Below are positions 29,673-38,947 of a DNA stretch of 64,000 bases, in pieces. Origin of the DNA: Candidatus Altiarchaeota archaeon. GTDB lineage: Archaea; Altiarchaeota; Altiarchaeia; IMC4; QMZM01. Every line of letters starts with the position of its first letter. The stretch's first letter is position 1. The DNA lies in contig JAFGDV010000002.1 in the NCBI GenBank assembly GCA_016931955.1, forward strand, positions 32,001 through 96,000. The letters run 5' to 3'. The position numbers and the translations under genes were made by a program. A model generated the notes under the pieces. The model was given only the letters and a program-made list of their open reading frames with translations, made no database searches and was not told the origin of the DNA.

Positions 29673-30720
29673 TAGGGGGCTTGCCTTGAAGGCGTCAAAG
29701 GAGATAGGGGATATGGCATCAACCTTGGGCAAGGTAAAGATCATGCACGTCTGCGGAACCCACGAAGACACAATAACCCGTTTTGGGATAAGGTCTCTTC
29801 TCCCAGAGAATGTGGAGGTGATATCCGGTCCTGGATGCCCTGTCTGCGTTACGACGAACAGGGAGATAGATGAAGCCATATCGCTCGCACAAAAAGGCAT
29901 TACTGTGACGACGTTCGGTGACATGCTCCGGGTCCCTGGAAGCCGCTCCTCGCTGGCGGACTCGAAGGCTGATGGAAATGATGTGAGGATCGTCTACTCC
30001 GTAACTGACGCAGTAGAGATCGCCCATAAGAATCCGGAGAAAGAGGTTGCTCACATCGCCATAGGCTTCGAGACAACGATACCATCCAACGCGGTCGCCC
30101 TCCAAGACGCTCCTGAGAATTTCTCGATCCTATGCTGTCACCGGCTTATCCCTCCAGCGATGGAGTTGCTCTTGGAGTCTCACGAGGTGAGGATAGACGG
30201 CTTCATAGATCCTGGGCATGTTTCAGCCATAATAGGAGTAAAACCCTATAGACCTCTGGCGGAAAAATACAGGATACCTCACGTAATCGTCGGCTTCGAG
30301 CCCCTTGACGTTCTCTTCTCCATCATAATGCTGCTGGAGATGATAAAAAACCATGAATGTGAGGTAAGGAATGAGTACAGCCGCGTCGTCAAGGAGGAAG
30401 GCAATCAGAAGGCCTTAAGTATCATGGACGCTGTCTTCGAACCCTGCGACGTGGATTGGAGGGGCTTTCCTGTGATCCCAAGATCCGGGCTCATGTTGAG
30501 GGAACGATTCGCTGAACACGACGCAAGAGAGAGGTTCGAGCTTAGGGTAGAACCGACAGAGGATCTTCGGGGATGCAGGTGCTCTGATGTCTTGAAGGGG
30601 TTGATATATCCCAGAGAGTGCCCGCTCTTCGGTAAGGCGTGCACTCCCAAGAAGCCTGTCGGTCCCTGCATGGTCTCTGCTGAGGGCGCATGCTCTATAA
30701 TGTACAGACACACTAGCTAG
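29650..30720 (+). CDS. hypD: hydrogenase maturation protein HypD
   Basis: CGTH, GPGCPVC, GFETT, PGHVS, GPCMVSAEGAC. Confidence 0.95.
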   Translation: MILRDFRDRGLALKASKEIGDMASTLGKVKIMHVCGTHEDTITRFGIRSLLPENVEVISGPGCPVCVTTNREIDEAISLAQKGITVTTFGDMLRVPGSRSSLADSKADGNDVRIVYSVTDAVEIAHKNPEKEVAHIAIGFETTIPSNAVALQDAPENFSILCCHRLIPPAMELLLESHEVRIDGFIDPGHVSAIIGVKPYRPLAEKYRIPHVIVGFEPLDVLFSIIMLLEMIKNHECEVRNEYSRVVKEEGNQKALSIMDAVFEPCDVDWRGFPVIPRSGLMLRERFAEHDARERFELRVEPTEDLRGCRCSDVLKGLIYPRECPLFGKACTPKKPVGPCMVSAEGACSIMYRHTS

Positions 30721-30721
30721 G

Positions 30722-31720
30722 ATGGAAAGGATAAAACTCTTACACGGTGGCGGGGGGGAAGCCATGCAGGAATTGATCTCTGACGTGATTAAGAACCTCT
30801 CCCTCACAAAGGTTGAGGGTGGGATCGGCTTGGATGCCTTGGACGATTCAGCAACCATACCCTTTGGAGACAAGCACCTTGTCTTCACCACGGATGCGTA
30901 CACTGTAAAGCCGTTGTTCTTCCATGGGGGGGACATAGGCAGGCTCTCTGTTTCAGGGACCATAAACGACCTCGCTGTTATGGGCGCTAAACCAATCGCT
31001 CTCGCCTCTTCTTTCGTTATCGGTGAAGGCCTCCCATTTGAAGACTTGCGGAAGATAACGAAGTCCATGAACCAGGTCTGCAAGGAGGTCCCAGTACCTA
31101 TTATTACAGGAGACACCAAGGTCATGGAAGACCTTGATATGATCATAACAACGTCTGGCATAGGTTTAACAGAAAAACCGATACTGGACTCCGGGATGCG
31201 GCCAGGTGACAGGATAATAGTGAACGGCACCCTCGGCGATCACGGTATGGCGATCATGGCTCAGAGGGAGGGCATATCTTTCGAGACCGAACTGAGGTCT
31301 GACTGCGCACAGTTGTGGGGTCTTATAAAAAAGATCCTTAGATACGAGATACATGCCATGAAGGATCCTACGAGAGGCGGCCTAGCGAACGCCTTAAATG
31401 AGATGGCTGAGAAATCAAAATCAGGGGTTTTGTTGTATGAGGACCAGATACCCATGAAAGATGAAGTACTTGCGGCGTCTGAGATGCTTGGCATAGATCC
31501 CCTGTCTGTGGCAAACGAAGGGAAAGCCATTATTGTCACAAGCGAAAATGATACTGAGAAAATCCTAGAAACGATGAAGAAGACCCGCTTGGGTCGGGAT
31601 GCCTCCATAATAGGTGAGGTGACCGAAAAAGATAAGGGACGGGTGATAATGGAGACCCGCATAGGTGGCAGAAAGATCCTCAGCAAGCCTGCCGGCGACC
31701 CTGTCCCAAGGGTCTGTTAG
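30722..31720 (+). CDS. hypE: hydrogenase maturation protein HypE
   Basis: HGGGG, GDTKV, DPTRGG, ANEGK, C-terminal PRVC. Confidence 0.95.
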   Translation: MERIKLLHGGGGEAMQELISDVIKNLSLTKVEGGIGLDALDDSATIPFGDKHLVFTTDAYTVKPLFFHGGDIGRLSVSGTINDLAVMGAKPIALASSFVIGEGLPFEDLRKITKSMNQVCKEVPVPIITGDTKVMEDLDMIITTSGIGLTEKPILDSGMRPGDRIIVNGTLGDHGMAIMAQREGISFETELRSDCAQLWGLIKKILRYEIHAMKDPTRGGLANALNEMAEKSKSGVLLYEDQIPMKDEVLAASEMLGIDPLSVANEGKAIIVTSENDTEKILETMKKTRLGRDASIIGEVTEKDKGRVIMETRIGGRKILSKPAGDPVPRVC

Positions 31721-31721
31721 G

Positions 31722-32183
31722 ATGAAAACCCTGATACTGGGCATTGGGAATCCTATACTGACCGATGACGGCGTTGGTGTTTTGATTGCTGAACGCCTAC
31801 GTGATGTTGTCTCAGACCCGGAAATCGATGTCCGTGAGGAATCAACGTCTGGTCTTGACATCATAAGCCTTGTTAGGGGTTATGATAGGCTCATCCTCGT
31901 GGACGCTATAAAGACGGGTAAAGCCAGGGTTGGGGAGATACTCCGGCTCTCGCCTCAGGATATTACCAAGGAGCCTGCACTTCATTTCTCGACCCTTCAT
32001 GACGCGGATTTGATGACATCCCTGAATCTTGGTAGTGAACTTGGGATAGATATCCCTAGCGAAATAGTGATATACGCTGTTGAGGTCGAAAACGTGGAGG
32101 AATTTGGCGAGAAGTGCACACCTGAAGTGGAAAAAGCCATACCCAAGGCAGTGGAATTAATAAAGGAGGAATTGGGTCTATAA
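31722..32183 (+). CDS. hydrogenase maturation protease
   Basis: GIGNPILTDDGVG, LVDA, STLHD. Confidence 0.92.
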   Translation: MKTLILGIGNPILTDDGVGVLIAERLRDVVSDPEIDVREESTSGLDIISLVRGYDRLILVDAIKTGKARVGEILRLSPQDITKEPALHFSTLHDADLMTSLNLGSELGIDIPSEIVIYAVEVENVEEFGEKCTPEVEKAIPKAVELIKEELGL

Positions 32184-33554
32184 CCTCGGGAGGCTGGGGC
32201 TGTATGCCCTACATGCCATTTCTATCTTGTTGAGGTCTCTTCTTTTTGTGTTATTATTCCTGATCAATCCATCTGCCACCTGTTTTACAGAGACGCATAT
32301 AGCCGCATTGTTGTGGTTGCTGCCCGTTATTATGTCCGCCTTCTCTACGATGCCTTTCTCGTCTGTCACATAGTGGTGGATGAGTGTCCCTGAGGGTGAT
32401 TCTATAACGCCCACACCCTCCCCTTGCGTGTTTTCTGGAACATTCATCAGATTGTTGTCAGTAATCTCCGGATCCTGTATCAGCTCCAAAGCAAGCTCGG
32501 CTGAATAAAGCATTTCTATGAGGTCGGCCCAATGAAACGCCAAGGTGTGATGGCAGGGTTTCGGCAGTGTGTCAAGCATCCTCTCATATGCTTCCTGTGC
32601 CTGAGGTGTTTTCAATCCGTAGGCAACGTTTAATCTGGCCAGTGACCCGACCCGGTAAAGCCAAGAACGATCAGCGTCAGATAGCCCCTTCCAGCCAACC
32701 TTCCTCAGATGTGAGAAACCCAGATTAGACCATGATTCCTCGTGTTCTTCCACGTGCTGGGGGTAGTCTTCTCCCCTGAACCTTAAGATCTCCCTTCCGT
32801 GGGCGTCCACGACTTTTAGATCGCCATCATAGAGTTCAAGGCGTTCTTTTTCGTCCACTGTACCCATGTAGTTCGTCTTTATATGGTAGAGCCCCTCATC
32901 GAACAGTAGATCCACGTATGCACGATTCTTTAACACGATTTCTTCGAACAGATTTAATGTAAACGCTGCGAATTCTGTAAATGACTTTACTTTGCCCTCT
33001 ACCCAATCCCTCTCCTCTCCAGTGATACCCCGAGAGACGCCTCCGGGAAGCCCGCTTACTGGATGAACTGCCCTTCCCCCCAAGACCTGGAGTATCCTCT
33101 GTGCACGAAGAAGGTTTTCTGCCGCGTCCTTTGAGGTTTCCCTCCCGAGCCTCGCCGTTATTGCAGTGAGATTCCTTTCGCGAGCTGCTGAATCAGGGTT
33201 GATGAATAGGTCTGGAGCATTCAGGTAATAAAAATTTAGTAGTTTATTCCCAAAATGGGAGATATGGTATGTTAGTCTCCTTAGCTTGTCTGCTGTGGGT
33301 GTTGGCTCTGTTTTCCACAGAGCATCAAGTGCCTTCACAGACGCTATATGATGGGCCCAGCTGCATAGCCCGCTCATCCTTGAAATGATCCTCGGCATCT
33401 CCTCAGACGGCTGTCCGCGACATAATTCCTCAAAACCCTTCATACCCTTCGCTTGAAAGTACGCACTCACTCCCATCTCCCTATCTGAAAATATAGTTAT
33501 CCTAGCGTGGCCGTTTATTCTCGTTACCGGGTCTATTATTATCTTTTTCCTCAA
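32178..33554 (-). CDS. MvhA-like large-subunit homolog lacking Ni-Fe ligands (predicted inactive)
   Basis: Full-length homolog, but TRINGH, RMSGLC, ESPSG and terminal AYSPSLPRL replace TRIEGH, RICGxC, EAPRG, DPCxxC. Confidence 0.88.
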   Translation of the reverse strand: MRKKIIIDPVTRINGHARITIFSDREMGVSAYFQAKGMKGFEELCRGQPSEEMPRIISRMSGLCSWAHHIASVKALDALWKTEPTPTADKLRRLTYHISHFGNKLLNFYYLNAPDLFINPDSAARERNLTAITARLGRETSKDAAENLLRAQRILQVLGGRAVHPVSGLPGGVSRGITGEERDWVEGKVKSFTEFAAFTLNLFEEIVLKNRAYVDLLFDEGLYHIKTNYMGTVDEKERLELYDGDLKVVDAHGREILRFRGEDYPQHVEEHEESWSNLGFSHLRKVGWKGLSDADRSWLYRVGSLARLNVAYGLKTPQAQEAYERMLDTLPKPCHHTLAFHWADLIEMLYSAELALELIQDPEITDNNLMNVPENTQGEGVGVIESPSGTLIHHYVTDEKGIVEKADIITGSNHNNAAICVSVKQVADGLIRNNNTKRRDLNKIEMACRAYSPSLPRL

Positions 33555-34531
33555 TTTCTAGATGCCCTCCTTTGTTTCTTTAGGATGCTCGACGACAGGC
33601 TGAAGCGGTAGACTGTTCCACCAAGGGAGGGTATGCTCTCAACCGTCTTTCTTATGGTGGTCTTCTCTCCACCGCACATAATGGAAGCTAACGTCGATAT
33701 GTAGGCTCCACCCATGTCGAGGATTCCCTCAGCTGGTCCAAGGCATCCCCTACAAGGCATATTGGCTGAAACACACTGGCTTCCGCACCCGGCTCTTGTT
33801 ACAGGACCCATGCACAGCAGCCCCTGGTCAAGCAAGCAGACCTTATCGTCGAAAACCTTTTCATAGGGTCTGTGGAATACCTTGACGCTTTTCCCCTTCC
33901 TCGCTCTCTCACATTCGTCGCAGAGTGTCCTCCCAGAAGCGAACACTGAGCCTTTAGGAGGTAGTTTGTTCTCCAGCATGCTGACGAATAGCTTCAGGAT
34001 CATTGAAGGTGTTGGGGGACAACCTGGGATGAGATAGTCCACATCAATGACACCGCTTAATGGACTGATGAAGTCGCATGGCTCCGGAAGTGGAAGTATG
34101 CCCTCAGCAAGCTTTACCCTCTTCCTTGATTTTTCCTTCCCCTTGCCCTGTAGACCCAGCATGCCAGGTATTCCGCCCATGCAGGCGCATGATCCAACCG
34201 CTGTGATTATCTTGGATTTTTTTCTTAGAATCTGGGCCATGTCCATCTGCCCCCTGTTCATCACAGCACCGTTGAAGAGACAGAGGTCGATTGTTTTGTC
34301 ATACATCCTCTTTACCCGAGAGTATCTGAAATCCGCTATTAGAGGCCATAAAACGACGTCAATGTTTTCAGTTATATCCAAGAATCTCTCGCCCAATCCT
34401 ATGAAGGAGAGATCACAACCACCACATCCTCCTGCCATGTACAGTGCAACCTTCGGTTTTCTTCCTGGACTAATCTTCCTTACAGCTTCCGCTACCTGCG
34501 ACCAGTCTTCTCTGAATGCCTTAAGCTTCAT
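33551..34531 (-). CDS. mvhG: MvhG-like hydrogenase small (Fe-S) subunit
   Basis: CGGC, GSCA, GCPP, CDEC, CL..CMGP, CGSQC, CRGC retained. Confidence 0.88.
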   Translation of the reverse strand: MKLKAFREDWSQVAEAVRKISPGRKPKVALYMAGGCGGCDLSFIGLGERFLDITENIDVVLWPLIADFRYSRVKRMYDKTIDLCLFNGAVMNRGQMDMAQILRKKSKIITAVGSCACMGGIPGMLGLQGKGKEKSRKRVKLAEGILPLPEPCDFISPLSGVIDVDYLIPGCPPTPSMILKLFVSMLENKLPPKGSVFASGRTLCDECERARKGKSVKVFHRPYEKVFDDKVCLLDQGLLCMGPVTRAGCGSQCVSANMPCRGCLGPAEGILDMGGAYISTLASIMCGGEKTTIRKTVESIPSLGGTVYRFSLSSSILKKQRRASRN

Positions 34532-34910
34532 TCTCCCACCTTAGGGGTCCCAGGGATTTAAGCTTTGACGTCATCTCCTTGACAAGTTTCATGAACCCAA
34601 AGCTCTCAGACTCCTTAAGGCATTCGAAGCGTAGCCTTTCCCTGCTTATCCTCAGATCAGAGAGCAACCTTTGGAGGAGAACAAACCTCTTGAATGCTTC
34701 CCCGTCTTCCTCCGCTGAGTGGCATTCCCCCGGAGGGCTGCACAGCATCAGGATTCCGTCTGCGCCTTTTTTGAGTTCTGAGAGCAGAAGCTTTGGGTTA
34801 AGGTGATTAACACATCCCTCCCTTACCAGGGGGATTTCCTCAAGGCCGACGTTTTTAGGCAGACAGGATTTACAGGCAAAGACAATGATCTTGGGCTCAT
34901 ATTCTTCCAT
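34521..34910 (-). CDS. mvhD: MvhD-like [2Fe-2S] subunit (divergent)
   Basis: YEPKIIVFACKSC, GADGIL..C....CH, ERLRF, LGP. Confidence 0.8.
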   Translation of the reverse strand: MEEYEPKIIVFACKSCLPKNVGLEEIPLVREGCVNHLNPKLLLSELKKGADGILMLCSPPGECHSAEEDGEAFKRFVLLQRLLSDLRISRERLRFECLKESESFGFMKLVKEMTSKLKSLGPLRWENEA

Positions 34911-35760
34911 TTATGATCTTCTCCGTTATTCCCTCATACGCGCTCTTCACCTTCCCATCCGACCTATAATGGGAGAGTGGCAAGCCTCTTTTCTGCGCTT
35001 CGTAGACCTTTTTGGAGTATGGTACTATGAAAAGGTCTCCTCTGAACCCAACGCCTACCGACAAATGCAGCCGTAGTTTGTCTTCAAGCTCACTGAGGGG
35101 GTCTTCAAGAGACAGAAACCCTGATAGTTTCGGTACCCTATCCCTCAGCATCTTGTGTATTGGACGCACCGTGGGTTCCTGGAACCTTGTAACAATCACA
35201 GTGTTGATCCCCTTCTTCACGCCCTCCCTTTCTTCTATATTCTTCAGTATCTCAGCAAAGGTTTCGATGCTGTCTATGGAGAAGAAACCGCTGTCCAAGG
35301 GTAGTATGATAGAGTCTGCTGCAACGATTGCATTGGTCAGTAGTGGCGTGTAGCTGGGGGGCGTATCTATCAGTATGTAATCATAGAGTTCTCTGACATC
35401 GTCTAGGGCTCGATCAAGTATCTGGGAGGAACCCTTAGCCTTCTGCATGTGACCAAGGATGTTCGCCAGATTCAGTTCTGACGGAGCCAGATGAAGATCC
35501 TCTATCTCTGTTGCAAGTATCACATTCCTGAACCTTAACTTCCTTTTTCTCCCGCATCCCTCAAGAAGCACATCATATACCGAGAACGGCAGGTATCTTT
35601 TGTTTATATTCAAACCAGCGGTTGCGTTTGCTTGGGGGTCCATGTCGACGACAAGGACCTTCTTGCCTCTTTTCACCAGTTCCCCCGCAATGTTTATGCA
35701 TGAGGTCGTCTTGCCCGTGCCGCCCTTATGGTGGGCGAATGCTATGCATTTAGCCCGCAT
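34897..35760 (-). CDS. ParA/Soj family ATPase
   Basis: KGGTGKTT deviant Walker A, DMDPQAN, IDTPP. Confidence 0.92.
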   Translation of the reverse strand: MRAKCIAFAHHKGGTGKTTSCINIAGELVKRGKKVLVVDMDPQANATAGLNINKRYLPFSVYDVLLEGCGRKRKLRFRNVILATEIEDLHLAPSELNLANILGHMQKAKGSSQILDRALDDVRELYDYILIDTPPSYTPLLTNAIVAADSIILPLDSGFFSIDSIETFAEILKNIEEREGVKKGINTVIVTRFQEPTVRPIHKMLRDRVPKLSGFLSLEDPLSELEDKLRLHLSVGVGFRGDLFIVPYSKKVYEAQKRGLPLSHYRSDGKVKSAYEGITEKIINGRI

Positions 35761-35865
35761 CCTAATCAACAATATCGCAGAAAGTTCAGCCAGATGGATT
35801 ACAAGAGACGCACGCTTGAGCCTCTTTAAGCATATATTAAGTAGAACTATTATAAATACGTGTAA

Positions 35866-36516
35866 CTATTCCCCGACCTTCTTGTCAAGTTTTTCTATGA
35901 TCAGCTTCAGTGATTTTGAGTCTGGGAGGAATATCAATCTCCCCTTTATCGTGGTCTCCTTCGCCGTGAACTCCGTCGCCAGAATGAGTGCCTTCTTTAT
36001 CTCCCATGTGAAGCCCTTCCTTATGTCGGTGACAGACCTCTCCGTCATTGTGAAAGAAACCAGTGGAACATGATGGCACGGCCGCACATCCAAAAAATCG
36101 CTGAGTGCTGTAAGATATGATCCAAAGAGTATGTTGGATAACTCACTCAGAGCATCCCGCGATATCTGATCCAACACACTGGTTTCTTTTCTTACCAGGA
36201 TATTGCTGATTATTATGTCAGCCAATTTCGTCGCATCTTCTCTCTCAAAGACCATCACTATCAGGGCATTGATGTCGCCTGTTATGAGGGAGGAGATTTC
36301 GACGAGCAAATCCCTCGGAGGTGCAAGGGTTGAGGGTACTTCGTCGATGCCGACCAGTTTCACCCATGGAACCCTCAACATTATCTCGCAGTCTAGCATC
36401 TCTGAGAGGGCGACGCTTGAGCTCCCGGCGCCGATAGTCCCTACCTCTCTAAGAGCATCCAGCTGCAGCTTCGTCATACCTATGTCTTCCGTCATCCTCT
36501 TATAGATTTTACTCAA
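35866..36516 (-). CDS. cheC: CheC-family protein (second site intact)
   Basis: DALREVGTIGAG; DALSELSNIL. Confidence 0.85.
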   Translation of the reverse strand: MSKIYKRMTEDIGMTKLQLDALREVGTIGAGSSSVALSEMLDCEIMLRVPWVKLVGIDEVPSTLAPPRDLLVEISSLITGDINALIVMVFEREDATKLADIIISNILVRKETSVLDQISRDALSELSNILFGSYLTALSDFLDVRPCHHVPLVSFTMTERSVTDIRKGFTWEIKKALILATEFTAKETTIKGRLIFLPDSKSLKLIIEKLDKKVGE

Positions 36517-36547
36517 TCATGTATAAAAACATGTGAACGGCAGAAAG

Positions 36548-36556
36548 TATTTATAA
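36548..36556 (+). promoter_or_regulatory. TATA-box-like element upstream of cheY-cheY-cheA
   Basis: atttataag preceded by purine-rich BRE-like gaaagt, about 45 nt before the ATG. Confidence 0.45.
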
Positions 36557-36597
36557 GAGAAATACAAATACAATTATCAAATTATCGGGTGATCTGA

Positions 36598-36963
36598 ATG
36601 CCTAAGATTTTGACCATAGAAGACTCTACTTTTGAGAGGAAGGCCATACGCGATATGCTGGCTAGGGCAGGGTACACCAGCGTAGTGGAGGCTGAGAGCG
36701 GCGAGATCGGCTTAGAGAGGTACAAGAAGGAAAAACCTGACCTTGTTTTATTGGATCTCCGGATGCCAGGTATGCCTGGGATGGAAGTCTTAGAGGAGTT
36801 GAAGAAGATCAATCCAAGAGTCAGGGTGATAATAGTCAGCATAGTGAGGAAGAAGGAGACCGTCGACGAAGCGTTGAAGCTGGGCGTCGAAGCCTATGTT
36901 TCAAAACCGATCACTACCGAGAAACTAATACCTGAAGTTAAAAAAGCATTAGGAGGGAATTAA
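36598..36963 (+). CDS. cheY: CheY-like response regulator
   Basis: IEDSTFER, LLDLRMP, IVS, SKP. Confidence 0.88.
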   Translation: MPKILTIEDSTFERKAIRDMLARAGYTSVVEAESGEIGLERYKKEKPDLVLLDLRMPGMPGMEVLEELKKINPRVRVIIVSIVRKKETVDEALKLGVEAYVSKPITTEKLIPEVKKALGGN

Positions 36964-37323
36964 ATGACCAAAATACTATTAGCGGATGATTCTGCCTTTA
37001 TGAGGAAGATACTGACTAACATATTAACCAAGAAGGGATACACTGACCTCATCGAAGCTGTGGATGGAGAAGAGACTGTGGCAGCCTATACCAGAGAAAA
37101 ACCGGACCTTGTTCTCTTGGATATAGTAATGAAGAAGAAATACGGAACCGAGGCGTTGAAGGACATAATGCAGATGGATCCAAACGCCAAGATAATAATG
37201 GTATCGGCAGTAGGGCAGGAGAAGGTTATCGAGGAGGCAATTCAATTAGGCGCCAAGGGTTTTGTTGTTAAACCCTTCAAGGAAGAGGAAGTCTTAAGCA
37301 AGGTTAAGGAAGTCCTTGGCTAA
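36964..37323 (+). CDS. cheY: CheY-like response regulator
   Basis: ADDSAFMR, LLDIVM, VSA, KPF. Confidence 0.92.
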   Translation: MTKILLADDSAFMRKILTNILTKKGYTDLIEAVDGEETVAAYTREKPDLVLLDIVMKKKYGTEALKDIMQMDPNAKIIMVSAVGQEKVIEEAIQLGAKGFVVKPFKEEEVLSKVKEVLG

Positions 37324-37341
37324 TTCTCTGAATGCTCGGAA

Positions 37342-38931
37342 ATGGCAGATGACATGAGTGAATATAAGGAGCTCTACCTGAAGGAGGCGGAGGAATTACT
37401 GCAAAGCCTGAATTCTTCACTACTTGAGTTCGAGAAGAACCCGACAAGGGAGGACCTTATAAAGGAGATGGCACGTTGTGCCCATACACTCAAGAGTAAT
37501 TCTTCTTCAATGGGTTTCGAGAAACTGGCGGAATTATCTCACTCCATGGAGGACGGGTTGTTGATGCTCCAGGAGTCCGGCATTGAAGCCAGCGATGAGA
37601 TCATCGACCTCCTCTTTGAATGCTTCGACTACCTGGAGGTCTCAGTGGACAAGGTAAGCACTGGTGAGGAGGAACCAGACAACACAGATCTTTTGAAGAA
37701 ACTGGAGGTGCTGAAATCCACTGACATAAAGAAGAGGAGTAAGGAGGAGTCTGGTGTGAAACTCGCCGAACGGCCTCAGACCATCAGGAGGCTTCGCTCA
37801 ATCAAGGTGGACATCAAGATCCTAGATAAATTGGTGGACTTGGTTGGAGAACTACTGACCGCAACCATGAGGTTCCAGAACCTGAACTCAACGTACAAGA
37901 TCAAGGAATTCGACAAGATAATAAACCAGCTGAATATGCTAACGGAGGATATCCAATACGAGGTCACTGAAGCAAGAATGATCCCTGTTGGCCAGGTATT
38001 CAACCGGTTTCCGAGGATGGTGCGAGACCTGGCGAAGAGGGAGAACAAGAAGGTGGACTTCACCATTGAGGGAAGCGACATACAACTGGATAGAACTGTG
38101 TTGGATCAGATCGGTGAGCCACTGATCCATCTGCTGAGGAATTCCATAGACCACGGCATCGAATCTCCGGAGGAGAGGATTAAGGCAGGCAAACCCGAGA
38201 CAGGCAAAATCCATTTGAGAGCCAGTAGAGAGAAAAACGCCGTAATCATTGAGGTCATTGACGATGGCGCAGGCTTCGATGAAGACAAGATAAAGGAGAT
38301 AGCAATAAAAAAGGGCGTGATAACGGAGGAGGAGGCTAAGACCATACCCAAAAAGCAGTTACTGGATATCCCATTTCTGCCCACTTTCAGCACATCCGAT
38401 AAGGTCACCAAGGTCTCCGGCAGAGGGGTTGGATTGGATGTTGTCAAGACAAAGATTGATGAACTAAATGGGTCGCTGAAGATGGAGACCGAAAAGAGCA
38501 AGGGGACGAGATTCATCCTAGGTCTGCCGCACACTCTAGCAATCATCAAGTGCCTCCTAACGTACGTCGGCGAGGAACGCTATGCTTTGCCCATCATTGA
38601 TATCTCAAGGATCGTCAACATCGAAGAATCTAGGATGCAACACATCGAAGGCAATGAAGTCTTCATTCTCGATGGCGAAGACATACCCCTGATAAGGCTG
38701 CGCGACGTATTTAATCTGCCCCGCAAGAAAGACAGAAAACTGACGGTAATAATTACTGAGAGAACCCAGGAGAAGAACGGTATTGCTGTGGATGGGATCA
38801 TCGGTGAACAGGAGCTTATGATAAAGTCGGTGACTAAAACGCTGAAGAAGATCAAGGGAATAGCAGGTGCTACCATCCTTGGCGATGGTCAACCCGCCAT
38901 GGTCTTGGATATTAATGGCCTGCTTGCTTAG
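37342..38931 (+). CDS. cheA: chemotaxis histidine kinase CheA (no P2 domain)
   Basis: HPt AHTLKS, RFPRMVRDLA, HLLRNSIDHG, DDGAG, SGRGVGLDVV, C-terminal CheW-like GATILGDG. Confidence 0.95.
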   Translation: MADDMSEYKELYLKEAEELLQSLNSSLLEFEKNPTREDLIKEMARCAHTLKSNSSSMGFEKLAELSHSMEDGLLMLQESGIEASDEIIDLLFECFDYLEVSVDKVSTGEEEPDNTDLLKKLEVLKSTDIKKRSKEESGVKLAERPQTIRRLRSIKVDIKILDKLVDLVGELLTATMRFQNLNSTYKIKEFDKIINQLNMLTEDIQYEVTEARMIPVGQVFNRFPRMVRDLAKRENKKVDFTIEGSDIQLDRTVLDQIGEPLIHLLRNSIDHGIESPEERIKAGKPETGKIHLRASREKNAVIIEVIDDGAGFDEDKIKEIAIKKGVITEEEAKTIPKKQLLDIPFLPTFSTSDKVTKVSGRGVGLDVVKTKIDELNGSLKMETEKSKGTRFILGLPHTLAIIKCLLTYVGEERYALPIIDISRIVNIEESRMQHIEGNEVFILDGEDIPLIRLRDVFNLPRKKDRKLTVIITERTQEKNGIAVDGIIGEQELMIKSVTKTLKKIKGIAGATILGDGQPAMVLDINGLLA

Positions 38932-38947
38932 ATACCACAGTACCAAA

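Noticed and set aside
32178-32215. Selenocysteine readthrough or a split VhuA/VhuU-type subunit explaining the missing L2 motif
   Set aside because: The stop is TAG, the first L2 Cys position is a sense AGC codon, and the homologous segment is present but mutated. L1 Cys, Glu and Arg are also lost.
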